Virus genome (UHGV): UHGV-0028991
DNA length: 64,000 nt
Direction: 5' to 3' (one strand)
DNA from: a virus
Shown: in pieces, positions 20,061 to 28,931 of the stretch
Layout: the number at the start of each line of letters is the position of its first letter
Numbering within the stretch: position 1 is the first letter of the stretch
Program-made: the position numbers and the translations under genes
Notes under the pieces: generated by a model
The model's input: only the letters and a program-made list of their open reading frames with translations
What the model was told of the DNA's origin: nothing
Databases searched by the model: none

Positions 20061-20077
20061 GTTTATTTGTTTACTCC

Positions 20078-20686
20078 TTACTCTGCGGTCTGAACATCTG
20101 CTGTGTTGCTAAACTGAGACCACAGTACAACACCGTTATCCCAAATGCAAATAAAATAAAATTGGTCCTCAGCTGCATTTCTGTATTCAATGATAAAAGA
20201 CTGGTGGTTGTCTGTTGTTCTGTTGCGGTGCGTTGCAGTATAAGCAAACGGGGCAAAGTCCGCGCCATATGTGTCAACCATATATGCATGTGCAACATCG
20301 AGCAGTGCATCTGCATCCATTGCAGCATCGTCGCTCCATGCGCCTGGCTTGCTCATTGTACGAATAAGTCGACCTTCTTCATTCACGGTGAATTCATTGT
20401 CGTCTTTGTCTTTGTATACTTTCACCTTGTCGCCAACGCCGTTCGTGCTTTCTTCCACAAATGTTAGGTCGGCTGTATCAAATGTGGTATCTGTCGGAAT
20501 TTCCACAAGCCCAGAAGATTCTTCCTCGGTCGGCTCTTCGGTCGTTACAATATCGGATACCCGCTCCTTCAGCGCGTCACGCTCGTTGATAAGGTCGCAA
20601 ATCTTAACCCCGACAAAAATCGTCAGAGCACATAACAGTACAGCAATCAAAGTAACGATAACGGCATACCTTCTTTCTTCTTTCAT
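20078..20686 (-). CDS. membrane-anchored hypothetical protein
   Basis: 202 aa with N-terminal TM segment (AVIVTLIAVLLCALTIFVGV), then an acidic Thr/Glu-rich region. Confidence 0.4.
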   Translation of the reverse strand: MKEERRYAVIVTLIAVLLCALTIFVGVKICDLINERDALKERVSDIVTTEEPTEEESSGLVEIPTDTTFDTADLTFVEESTNGVGDKVKVYKDKDDNEFTVNEEGRLIRTMSKPGAWSDDAAMDADALLDVAHAYMVDTYGADFAPFAYTATHRNRTTDNHQSFIIEYRNAAEDQFYFICIWDNGVVLWSQFSNTADVQTAE

Positions 20687-20702
20687 TTTTTTTGTTCCTT
20701 TC

Positions 20703-21068
20703 TTATTTTACTACAATTTCAATAATTTTGTCTCCGCCAAAGTTTTCTGAATCTCTAATGCCAACCCTATGACCGTCACATGTTTGTCTGAAATCTTCCT
20801 CCGTAATGCCAAGCCTTGTCAGCCCGCTCTTCTTGCACAGATAGCCAACAAGCAATTGTAGCCTTTGAATGTCTGCATGGCTTTTGTTAAGCTGCCTCTG
20901 CAAACCGACCAAATTGCCGTTGATTGCTTCTCTGTATTCCATTGATTTTTTCAGACATTGATTTTCTCGCTCGAGGCTTTCATTAAGCTGCGCCTGTGCA
21001 ATGGCAAATGCAATAAGCTCTTGAGCGGGCAGGCTTGCAATTTTTGCTTTATCTTCTGTTTTAATCAT
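20703..21068 (-). CDS. hypothetical coiled-coil protein
   Basis: 121 aa ORF. Confidence 0.35.
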   Translation of the reverse strand: MIKTEDKAKIASLPAQELIAFAIAQAQLNESLERENQCLKKSMEYREAINGNLVGLQRQLNKSHADIQRLQLLVGYLCKKSGLTRLGITEEDFRQTCDGHRVGIRDSENFGGDKIIEIVVK

Positions 21069-21073
21069 CTTCT

Positions 21074-21304
21074 TTAATCCTCCTTTCTAACAAGAATATA
21101 TTTGCCATTGATTACGGCGGGTTTGTCATAACATTTTGTACAATTTTTTATGTAACAATCTATGAAAGATACATTAAAATCTGAAAATGGATAAGCATTT
21201 GGACAGTTAAGCACACCACCAGGCGCTTTCTCTTTAATGCAATATGGATGGTGCTTTGCCACCCATTCCCGCCGCGTCATAAATCGCATTCGTTTAATTT
21301 TCAT
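21074..21304 (-). CDS. hypothetical Cys-rich small protein
   Basis: 76 aa ORF. Confidence 0.3.
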   Translation of the reverse strand: MKIKRMRFMTRREWVAKHHPYCIKEKAPGGVLNCPNAYPFSDFNVSFIDCYIKNCTKCYDKPAVINGKYILVRKED

Positions 21305-21310
21305 TTTATT

Positions 21311-21544
21311 TCACTTCCTTGGAAACACATATGTGATTCGGTTATATGACATTGCATCTTCGCCTCTCTTCGTTTTGTGGAATCTCGCGCACACAGATTT
21401 GCCCCACTCTTTTATACTCTCTACCTCATTGGTCGTTGTTCTGCGCTCCGTGATTTCTACACGGTTCGGGTAGAAGTATTTCGTAATGATTTTCATAAAA
21501 CCCTCCTCTCTTTCATTACATTTTGTTTTTTTGTTGAAAACCAT
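21311..21544 (-). CDS. hypothetical protein
   Basis: 77 aa ORF. Confidence 0.3.
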   Translation of the reverse strand: MVFNKKTKCNEREEGFMKIITKYFYPNRVEITERRTTTNEVESIKEWGKSVCARFHKTKRGEDAMSYNRITYVFPRK

Positions 21545-21604
21545 TGCTTCCTTTACTGTGATTTCATTATATCATATACAATTCCACTTGTCAATACCTT
21601 TTTC

Positions 21605-21660
21605 AAAAAAATATAAAAAAAATAACTGCTCTGAAATTTCGTCAAATAACAGAGCAGTTA
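21605..21660 (-). terminator. rho-independent terminator on the minus strand
   Basis: Perfect 11 bp inverted repeat TAACTGCTCTG...CAGAGCAGTTA with a 16 nt loop. On the minus strand it is followed by T-runs (TTTTTTTTATATTTTTTTG). It lies downstream of the tRNA-like genes. Confidence 0.6.
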
Positions 21661-21730
21661 ATGTGGACTATGCATCTGTTCACAAATCACGCTATCTGCA
21701 AACTTCTTAATATCGCATAGTCTATCCGAG

Positions 21731-21816
21731 TGAACACTGAAAGACTCGAACTTTCATCCTCCCGTCAGCCTCGTCGCTGAATTTCTATCGGCGCTCTCCC
21801 TTTGAGCTAAGCGTTC
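21731..21816 (-). tRNA. tRNA-like element (86 nt) with canonical acceptor, D- and T-arms but an irregular, long central region; possible type-II tRNA or tRNA pseudogene
   Basis: Minus strand: acceptor GAACGCT/AGTGTTC (7 bp including one G-U pair). D-arm GCTC-AAAGGGA-GAGC. T-arm GAAAG-TTCGAGT-CTTTC with a consensus T-loop. 37 nt lie between the D- and T-arms. No clean 5 bp + 7 nt anticodon arm was found; the best candidate is GCCGA/TAGAAAT/TCAGC with one C-A mismatch. No encoded CCA. Confidence 0.35.
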
Positions 21817-22097
21817 ATTTCAAAATGTTTACGCCTGTCCATAAGCGATTGAATTTTATCACAAAGAATTTTGCGTTGTTTGTGAGCACATTTGATATTT
21901 GCAACTCTCTCAAAGTTCATGACGTAAAATCGCGCCGCTTCGGACAACGAGTAAAATGTCTTTGTGTAAAATCCGCATCCATACAAATATGTGCTTCGAT
22001 ACATTGCAAATACTACCATGCCCGCACCTCTTTTTTTAATATTTACATAAGATTCCCTACACAGTAGACAGAGGTCGTTACTTCTACTCCTTAGCAC
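21807..22097 (-). CDS. hypothetical protein (doubtful ORF)
   Basis: 96 aa ORF whose 3' end overlaps the tRNA-like element by 10 nt; no motif. Confidence 0.15.
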   Translation of the reverse strand: MLRSRSNDLCLLCRESYVNIKKRGAGMVVFAMYRSTYLYGCGFYTKTFYSLSEAARFYVMNFERVANIKCAHKQRKILCDKIQSLMDRRKHFEMNA

Positions 22098-22395
22098 ATC
22101 CTATTTGTAGTAAGACTGTGTTGCTCTGCTACATAATAACTTGTACCACATTAGAATAATTACTATAAACGAAGGAAAGTAATTACTCGCTTCGTGGGTG
22201 TCCCATACAAGGCAGGTCCTTTTAATCTTACTACGTGCCCCTCCAACCCTCGGGTTGTCTTATGTGATTGTGCCTGCTTAGAATCAATCAGCATTACTTC
22301 GCCATCACAATCTGCATATCCGACATGCACTACGCATTATCTATACCGGGCACGCAGCTGATTTGCGCTGAAGCAAATGCTTCAAAATGCCCGTC

Positions 22396-22469
22396 TGGTA
22401 CTGTAAGATAGTGTCGAACTATCGTCTATCGGTTATAAGCCGATTGCTCTTCCGTTGAGCTATTACAGC
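22396..22469 (-). tRNA. tRNA with anticodon UAU (reads AUA; tRNA-Ile-like), CCA encoded
   Basis: Minus strand GCTGTAA-TA-GCTC-AACGGAA-GAGC-A-ATCGG-CTTATAA-CCGAT-AGAC-GATAG-TTCGACA-CTATC-TTACAGT-A-CCA. All four stems pair; the first acceptor pair is G-U. Anticodon loop CTTATAA gives anticodon TAT. Confidence 0.6.
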
Positions 22470-22581
22470 ATATCCTGCGGTTTTACCCGCAGAATAATAT
22501 ATCGAAAAAGGAGGAGAAAAATGAATTCTTGTCAAGCCAGCCACTTGACATTATTTATTATAGCATGGCCAATTTCATTTG

Positions 22582-22917
22582 TCAAGGGTTTTTTGAAAAT
22601 TTCTTTATATCTTTTTGAGTACAAAATCCATCTGGCGCATCAATGCCAATACTTGCGCCTGCCATAGAACATCCAAGCAGTGCAGAAATGCATTCATCAA
22701 TTTTATACACATAAACATTACTTGGATTGTCAATCTGTATATTACCATCTGTGACAGAATAAACAGGAATTTGCTTATCTGTGACGCCTTTAATCCTTGC
22801 AAGAATAGTTTTAATATGCATGTAGCTTGGGCATATAATTGCGCCATTATTCTTGACCGCCTCTTGAATAAGGTTGTCTAAAATATCATCGCAGTAATGT
22901 CCTATAAAAAGTCTCAT
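22582..22917 (-). CDS. hypothetical protein
   Basis: 111 aa ORF. Confidence 0.3.
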   Translation of the reverse strand: MRLFIGHYCDDILDNLIQEAVKNNGAIICPSYMHIKTILARIKGVTDKQIPVYSVTDGNIQIDNPSNVYVYKIDECISALLGCSMAGASIGIDAPDGFCTQKDIKKFSKNP

Positions 22918-23282
22918 TTGACATGCTCTCCATTTCTTGTTTCCTCAAAATATTTTTCAAATGAAAACCATTGGTCTTTGAATAAATTACCAATAGCAAT
23001 AACTTTTCCAAACGGACTATCAAATTTAGCCCTGATGCATTTGCCTTTTAGTTCTTCCCATGATTCAACGCCGACCGTTTTCATGAGTTCGATAATTGCA
23101 CCATAGCCATCGCTCGATTCATACCTGCCTGGCTCTGCACACCATCTGTCAAGAACATATCCGCCATAACCACAACCCCACCCATTGCCTTCCATGATAA
23201 CATAGGCGGTTAAGCATCCGTGATCTTCGCCAAGTTTTGTACTGGTGATTTTGGCATTTAATATCTCATTCATTCTTACCAC
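22914..23282 (-). CDS. hypothetical protein
   Basis: 122 aa ORF; ATGA overlap with the downstream gene. Confidence 0.35.
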   Translation of the reverse strand: MVRMNEILNAKITSTKLGEDHGCLTAYVIMEGNGWGCGYGGYVLDRWCAEPGRYESSDGYGAIIELMKTVGVESWEELKGKCIRAKFDSPFGKVIAIGNLFKDQWFSFEKYFEETRNGEHVK

Positions 23283-23619
23283 TCCTCAATTCATTTACGG
23301 CTTCCACAAGCTCATTGATTTTATCTATAATGGTTGCATGCAATCCGTTAGAGCAATGCGGCAACTCTTCAATTTCTTCTAGTTGTTGTTCTTTTGTAAA
23401 ATCATATTTACCAATACGGTTAAATAAAGCTTTTAATGGTTCGATAGTCCCATTAAAGTTCATCTCGGGATTGCGCGTCGTTTTTACTTTTATTTGATAA
23501 AAAATATCGCCATCGTCATTAAGGCTCTGTCTTTTAATGCTTGTTATGTAACCAACTCTTCCAGATGCTGTTTCTACATAATCACCGACTCGAAAATTAT
23601 ATTCTTTGTTTGCTTTCAT
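23266..23619 (-). CDS. hypothetical protein
   Basis: 117 aa ORF. Confidence 0.35.
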   Translation of the reverse strand: MKANKEYNFRVGDYVETASGRVGYITSIKRQSLNDDGDIFYQIKVKTTRNPEMNFNGTIEPLKALFNRIGKYDFTKEQQLEEIEELPHCSNGLHATIIDKINELVEAVNELRSGKNE

Positions 23620-23638
23620 TGTTGCTTAAGCCTCCTTG

Positions 23639-24043
23639 TTAAATACGAAATGAGACTGGTGCGGTGCGCGAAATCACACTATCAATGCTCCATAAATCAC
23701 AACACGCCTTTTCGTATGCTTCATCAAAGATGTCCTCTTCGATAAAAATCATGAAATACTTACGCGAACGCAATGTCTTAAATGTGCTATATTCATATAT
23801 CCATGCCATTTGTCCGCTTGATGATTGCATTCGCCATTCTCCCTTGCCCTGCCACATTGGACAGAAGCTATATCTGAATTCGAGATATTTCACAATGTCA
23901 TGGACCGACTCTGTGTTTTTACAAACAAATGCAACACAGCTTATAAGTGGTCGTTTGTTGTTATTCTTCATGCGCATTCTCCATGTCCGCAAAATATCTA
24001 TTGACCATTTCGCAAAACACCGTGTTGTGTGAATCGTTCGCAA
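23639..24043 (-). CDS. hypothetical protein
   Basis: 134 aa ORF. Confidence 0.3.
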   Translation of the reverse strand: MRTIHTTRCFAKWSIDILRTWRMRMKNNNKRPLISCVAFVCKNTESVHDIVKYLEFRYSFCPMWQGKGEWRMQSSSGQMAWIYEYSTFKTLRSRKYFMIFIEEDIFDEAYEKACCDLWSIDSVISRTAPVSFRI

Positions 24044-24281
24044 GTTCTTTTAGTCTACAATAGGCACTCTGCTCTTCTTCTTCCGTGTATGGCAGGAGAA
24101 TAAAATCCCCGTCGGATGATATTTTTACCTTTGGAACTACCGTTCTAAGACTGCCAATTTCATTACCCTCATTGTCTAAGAGCGGGCGCTTGCCAACAAC
24201 AATAGCAGTTCCGTCGCTGTTATACACATAAAATGCGCCCTGAAAAAGTTCAAGAATAGAATCAAACGCATCTCTTATCAT
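23961..24281 (-). CDS. hypothetical protein
   Basis: 106 aa ORF. Its 3' end overlaps the previous ORF by 83 nt, so one of the two start sites is probably further internal. Confidence 0.3.
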   Translation of the reverse strand: MIRDAFDSILELFQGAFYVYNSDGTAIVVGKRPLLDNEGNEIGSLRTVVPKVKISSDGDFILLPYTEEEEQSAYCRLKELANDSHNTVFCEMVNRYFADMENAHEE

Positions 24282-24287
24282 TGTTCG

Positions 24288-24599
24288 TCATCTCCCCCCA
24301 CTTCTACAAGCATCCATAAATTCGCACCACTTTAGAATATACTTATCAAGCCCGTCTTCCCAATCTTCCATCAATCGCATGCCGACAGACTCAATTTCCC
24401 AACACGGCTCTTTCTCATTATATCGCAATGTAGCCACGGAATAACACGACCGCGTTGTTACGATTTCTTTCTGCTGAGTAATGCTCAATACTTTCATTGG
24501 TTTATGGTCATACCACTTAATCAAATCAAAGCTGTTTGGGTCAGTATGTCCATCTAAGAATTGTGTTGGTTTAATTTCAAATTTATCTCTGAACAGCAT
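24288..24599 (-). CDS. hypothetical protein
   Basis: 103 aa ORF. Confidence 0.35.
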   Translation of the reverse strand: MLFRDKFEIKPTQFLDGHTDPNSFDLIKWYDHKPMKVLSITQQKEIVTTRSCYSVATLRYNEKEPCWEIESVGMRLMEDWEDGLDKYILKWCEFMDACRSGGR

Positions 24600-24896
24600 T
24601 CAAACCTCCTCTGGCAAGCCACCATAGACATCAACCGATTGAATATCTTGAATGCCAAGAATACGAACATAATCCTCGCCGTCAAGAACATCGTTCAGCC
24701 AACCGACACGCACATCGCCATTTGCTTCAATAAGCGGAAACGCAATCGCATTAAAATTCGACCACAGTTTACCATCGTGTGATGTCTCGAGCATAACAAT
24801 TACTTGGCATGACCCGTGTTTATCCCAAAACAAACGAACATACGAATCAATGCTTGCCTGCATAGACATGCCCCTATGCTGTTTCAATTCAATCAT
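24600..24896 (-). CDS. hypothetical protein
   Basis: 98 aa ORF, contiguous with its neighbours. Confidence 0.35.
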   Translation of the reverse strand: MIELKQHRGMSMQASIDSYVRLFWDKHGSCQVIVMLETSHDGKLWSNFNAIAFPLIEANGDVRVGWLNDVLDGEDYVRILGIQDIQSVDVYGGLPEEV

Positions 24897-24908
24897 TTCG
24901 TCGCCTCC

Positions 24909-26549
24909 TCACTTGAAAATATCGTCCCAGTCAACATTGCCGATATCTGCCTTATGTGAAATTTCAAACTTCCTAACAATCGCCTGAATTTTCTTTTTGC
25001 TCATGTATTCGTTAATGCTCAATTCAAATAGGCACTCAACTTGGCATGAGCCATAAGCATGTGTTTCGGCTTGTTCTGCTATATCATTTGATGCCATGAA
25101 GTACAGAAAATCAAAACCTTCTGATTCAAACTTAATTGTGTTTGTTCTCTTGCGGTAGACGGTCACTTTTGGGCTGTCAAGCACAACATGAAACACGGGC
25201 GCAGGCACATCATTACACATACACTTGGTCTGCTCTAACAAATTTTCGACCAATGCAATATCAATATCTTTAAGTGCCAAATCACAATCACAAAGTTCCA
25301 AAGTATCAGCCAAAAGCTCATTTTGATACTTTGCCCATTCAATGAATTTGTCATAGTCCTGCTTCTTAATTGTGATGCCCGCAGCTGCATCATGCCCTTG
25401 CACCCTACACAACTTGGAAGAATTAAGCAAATCCATGATTTCATTGGGCGCACGCATTGAGCCTGAATATGATTTGTCTGACTGCTCTCGCAAGACTAAT
25501 GTGGGCTTGTGGTAATTGCTCAAAATGCTGTTTGCATACAGCCCGGTGTATGGTGCCCATTGTTTGTCAACAAAGCTAACCATAAACGGTCCCGCTTCTT
25601 CAGGTGGCGAATCTTCAGACATTGCTTTTGTTGCATTTGCCTGTACTGTTTTAGCCGTCCGCCCTGCATGGATTGCATCTGAGAAATCAATCTCGCCAAG
25701 GAACGCCCTGACAAACAACTCAATATCTGAATCTTCAACTCTTGTCAACGCATTAGCAATTGGGGCAATGCTCCATCCGATTGACTTTGCGCTTCGGTCT
25801 CCTTTTGCAAGACGGTCGTATAGAAATTGCAAAAATTCATTTTCAACTCTGTTAAGCCCTGTGCGCAAAATTGCAATATTTTCAATCCCACGAATCGAAC
25901 ACATATCCGAAACAATACTTGCTGCGCCCATATCCCAATAATACGGCGGGATAATATTATTTGCATTGCAATATGCTATAATGAATTTTATTGTTACACA
26001 TGTGCCAGACAAATCACGATTGACTAAATCGTCTTTTTGCAAAAACGGATTTACAATTGTCGCATATGGATTTTTCTTTGTCGGCTTGTGATGGTCGAGG
26101 ACTAAAATTGTGCAACCGCTATTGCACAAAATTTCAGCATTCTTGCTCGGGTCTGTTCCTGCGTCGGGCACAATCAGCAATTCGGTTTTGTAATCCCAAA
26201 TTTGCTTTGCGGCTTCTTTTGTAATTCCATGCTTTTTGCCTTTGTGTGTGACAAGATTAAATTTTACATTTTGCCTTTTCAGAAAATCGCACATGACCGC
26301 AGAGGACAGAATGCCGTCAAAGTCTGCATCGGCTAAAACCGAAATTGTTTTTTGATTTTCAATTGCTGATTTCAAGATTGCAATTCCCTGCTTGGTCGGC
26401 TCATCTAAAATCGGATTTTGAATATCAGACTCGCCCGCTGAAATCCATTTCTCAGGCTCGGCAACTCCACAGGCAATCAAATGTTCAAAAACCAAATTTC
26501 CAAAATCAATTTCAGATTCTAACTTCTTAATTCGCTTTTCAATTTTCAC
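24909..26549 (-). CDS. DHH/DHHA1-family phosphoesterase, RecJ-like ssDNA exonuclease
   Basis: 546 aa. ISVLADADFDGILSSAVM (DxD motif), LVLDHHKPTK (DHH motif), RVQGHDAAAGITIKK (DHHA1 GGH-like motif). Confidence 0.6.
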   Translation of the reverse strand: MKIEKRIKKLESEIDFGNLVFEHLIACGVAEPEKWISAGESDIQNPILDEPTKQGIAILKSAIENQKTISVLADADFDGILSSAVMCDFLKRQNVKFNLVTHKGKKHGITKEAAKQIWDYKTELLIVPDAGTDPSKNAEILCNSGCTILVLDHHKPTKKNPYATIVNPFLQKDDLVNRDLSGTCVTIKFIIAYCNANNIIPPYYWDMGAASIVSDMCSIRGIENIAILRTGLNRVENEFLQFLYDRLAKGDRSAKSIGWSIAPIANALTRVEDSDIELFVRAFLGEIDFSDAIHAGRTAKTVQANATKAMSEDSPPEEAGPFMVSFVDKQWAPYTGLYANSILSNYHKPTLVLREQSDKSYSGSMRAPNEIMDLLNSSKLCRVQGHDAAAGITIKKQDYDKFIEWAKYQNELLADTLELCDCDLALKDIDIALVENLLEQTKCMCNDVPAPVFHVVLDSPKVTVYRKRTNTIKFESEGFDFLYFMASNDIAEQAETHAYGSCQVECLFELSINEYMSKKKIQAIVRKFEISHKADIGNVDWDDIFK

Positions 26550-26990
26550 TTTCTAATTTCCATTTCCGAATTTCAATTTTGATTTTTCATTTTGTATTAT
26601 AGCATTTTAATTTTGCTTTGTCAATACTATTTTCAAATTTCCAAAAATAATTTTTGATTTTCTGTTTTCAAAACTCAAATTCTATTTTCTATTTTGTATT
26701 TCGGTATTTATATATTATTATTCTGCTATTTGATATTTGATATTAGATAGTTGATATTATATATATTATATTTTAATTATAATATTATAATTATATAATT
26801 TAATTTATTATAATAATTATTATATACAATAATAAATAATAAAACTAAATTTATAATTTCTTTTCTTTGGTTCTTTCTTTTCTTTTTTTTGTTTTCTCAT
26901 TTGTAAAATCAAAATCAAAAATCAATTTTCTAATTTTGATGTTGGATACATGCAATTAAAATCGTAATAAACCGTATTATTTTTCACTGT
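26550..26990. repeat. AT-rich (above 85%) low-complexity region with short direct repeats; candidate DNA-unwinding element or origin
   Basis: Runs of ttcaatttt, atttgatatttgatattagatag and ataat repeats, with no ORFs. It lies immediately upstream, in the minus sense, of the RecJ-like gene and next to the replication module. Confidence 0.4.
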
Positions 26991-27228
26991 ATGCATGTTT
27001 TATATCAATAGGGTAGTATCTATGTACCTATATTGTTTCATGCGCTTATAGCTTAAAATAATAGTGTTTATGCATATGCCATATTGTATGTGTATACATA
27101 TATATGTATTATATGGGGATATTCGTGCGCACGCAAAAAAAATAGAGTTCCAGAATTGGCACAAACAGGGTCTGGAGAAAAAGAAAACGCCCTGCTCGGT
27201 ATTTGATAACTGGTCGGTCATTCACTGA

Positions 27229-27270
27229 TTGAAGAAAAAAAAGAAAAGCCCCTGCATCACTGCAAGGGCT
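27229..27270 (-). terminator. rho-independent terminator on the minus strand
   Basis: GC-rich hairpin GCCCCTGCA-tcac-TGCAAGGGC (one mismatch), followed on the minus strand by TTTTCTTTTTTTTCTTC. Confidence 0.55.
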
Positions 27271-27284
27271 TAAGCATCCGCGGA

Positions 27285-27515
27285 TTATATGCAATAGCGG
27301 CGCGCGGTTGTGTCGGTGTAAAAAGGCGTGAGCAGCGCTATAATTTGCGCGGGGTCCTGCTCCCGTGTCTCGGCTATAATGTCGCCTGTATCAGTGCGGA
27401 CAGCTACAAGACGGGAGCCTTCCGGCATTTTTGATAGCATCGGAAACGAGCCGGGCCAACGTGCGGACCCGTAGCGCCGGGCATCCTCTCCGGCTTTACG
27501 GTTTAGTATGATCAT
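27285..27515 (-). CDS. hypothetical protein
   Basis: 76 aa ORF. Confidence 0.3.
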   Translation of the reverse strand: MIILNRKAGEDARRYGSARWPGSFPMLSKMPEGSRLVAVRTDTGDIIAETREQDPAQIIALLTPFYTDTTARRYCI

Positions 27516-27518
27516 TTT

Positions 27519-28328
27519 TTAATCCTCCATTCTATATTTTTCTGTTTTTGTCCAGCCGTCAAACCAGTATAAAACAATATCCGCAGTATTTACGCCGAGC
27601 GCCTTCGATATTTCATTCTTTTCCTGCCCGTATTCGTGCACATAAATATATACTTCCTCGCCGCTTTCGTCTTGTATGCTCCACTCCGTGCCCTCGTTAA
27701 AGTATTCAGCTTCAAAATATTTGAGCTCCTTTACTGTCCATTCGTCCGACGGATAATAAATATAATTCCAGTCAGATTGGCCATAACCATGGATAATTTT
27801 GCAATTCCATTTTTGCCCGGTAACGACCGTAAGAATGGCGCATAAAATAGGATATTCCTCGTGGCTTTTGCACCATGCATATTGCAAAACTAACTTTTTT
27901 AATGCTCCTATGTCTTGAGTGCTATACTTTACTTTTCCCGGCATTTCTGGGGGCAAATATTCCACAATTGCTTCTGTGATATTTTTATACCATTGTTTCC
28001 ATTCGTTGCGATTTTCCAACACTTCCGCCAATTCTCCGACGGAAAGAACGTTATAGACTCGTTCGAATACTTCCGGGCAATGCTCTATATAATCACGATT
28101 GCCGCATACGGCTATATTGTCTGGGAAAAATTCATCGCTTGAAAACAACGGGCTTTCTTGATATTCGGGCGCTACCTGATAAGCTTTGTATTTCATTTTT
28201 GCAATCTCCTTTTTGATTTTTGATTTTTCAATTTCAATTTTCAGCGTTGCGGTTGCGGGCTTGTTTGTCGCTCTTGCGTAGTTCGTGCAGGATGCCAAAA
28301 AACAGGCAACCAGGCACAAAGCCGCCAA
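27519..28328 (-). CDS. putative lipoprotein
   Basis: 269 aa. N-terminus MAALCLVACFLASCTNYARA has a lipobox-like LAS-C after a hydrophobic signal. Confidence 0.5.
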   Translation of the reverse strand: MAALCLVACFLASCTNYARATNKPATATLKIEIEKSKIKKEIAKMKYKAYQVAPEYQESPLFSSDEFFPDNIAVCGNRDYIEHCPEVFERVYNVLSVGELAEVLENRNEWKQWYKNITEAIVEYLPPEMPGKVKYSTQDIGALKKLVLQYAWCKSHEEYPILCAILTVVTGQKWNCKIIHGYGQSDWNYIYYPSDEWTVKELKYFEAEYFNEGTEWSIQDESGEEVYIYVHEYGQEKNEISKALGVNTADIVLYWFDGWTKTEKYRMED

Positions 28329-28406
28329 TTAAACAAAGCGCGAAAAATTCCATTTTGAAAACCTCCTTGAATTCTGAAAACTGATTTTTCAATCTGCATT
28401 TTCGAG

Positions 28407-28841
28407 CTAGTCGAACAGTTCGGAAAGCTCGGGCGTGTCGTCGATGGTGTCAATATAATTTCGATTTTCTAGCATGCTTTCGATGATATAATGATCGAGT
28501 AGCCCGGGATAATCTTTGTAGTCAGCGGATACAAGATTACCGTATCCGTTATATCTGAAATATTCGCGGTTTGGATTGAAAGCGCCGTATTCCCTGTTGC
28601 CGCTTGCGTCTGTTGTCCAGGTCTTTTCATCGTAGCCATAAAAAGCGCGGGAAAGAATTTCGCTCGGCTCTGTACCGTTATAAAGCTCGTCGAGCTCGTC
28701 CATATTATAATAACGATCGTCTTCAAGATATCCGTTGTATGCGTCGAGCTCCTCCGCTGCGGCGTTGTAGGTGTCTTCGTGCTCCTTAAAATATGCAATA
28801 ATTTCATCTATGATTTTTTTGGCTGTACGTGTGTTTTTCAT
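28407..28841 (-). CDS. hypothetical acidic protein
   Basis: 144 aa, rich in D/E/Y. This is the first gene of the minus-strand arm. Confidence 0.4.
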   Translation of the reverse strand: MKNTRTAKKIIDEIIAYFKEHEDTYNAAAEELDAYNGYLEDDRYYNMDELDELYNGTEPSEILSRAFYGYDEKTWTTDASGNREYGAFNPNREYFRYNGYGNLVSADYKDYPGLLDHYIIESMLENRNYIDTIDDTPELSELFD

Positions 28842-28931
28842 TTTCTTGTTTCTCCTCTATCTGTTTTTTTGTTTTTTTGGTGCAGGGGCTCGGGGCGGAT
28901 GCTGTGTCCGCCCCTGCTGTCCTGCTTTGGT

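Noticed and set aside
21825-22067. 80 aa plus-strand ORF near the tRNA genes
   Set aside because: Isolated within a minus-strand region and overlapping the tRNA-like locus, with no ribosome-binding site. The alternative minus-strand ORF 21807..22097 is also doubtful.
22349-22392. Double hairpin (GGGCA...GAAGCAAATGCTTC...TGCCC), considered as a terminator or third tRNA
   Set aside because: No U-tract follows in either orientation, and no T-loop or D-loop consensus is present.
26550-26990. Possible CRISPR array in the AT-rich repeat block
   Set aside because: There is no regular repeat-spacer periodicity, the repeats are short and degenerate, and no cas genes are present. It is better explained as an unwinding or origin-like element.
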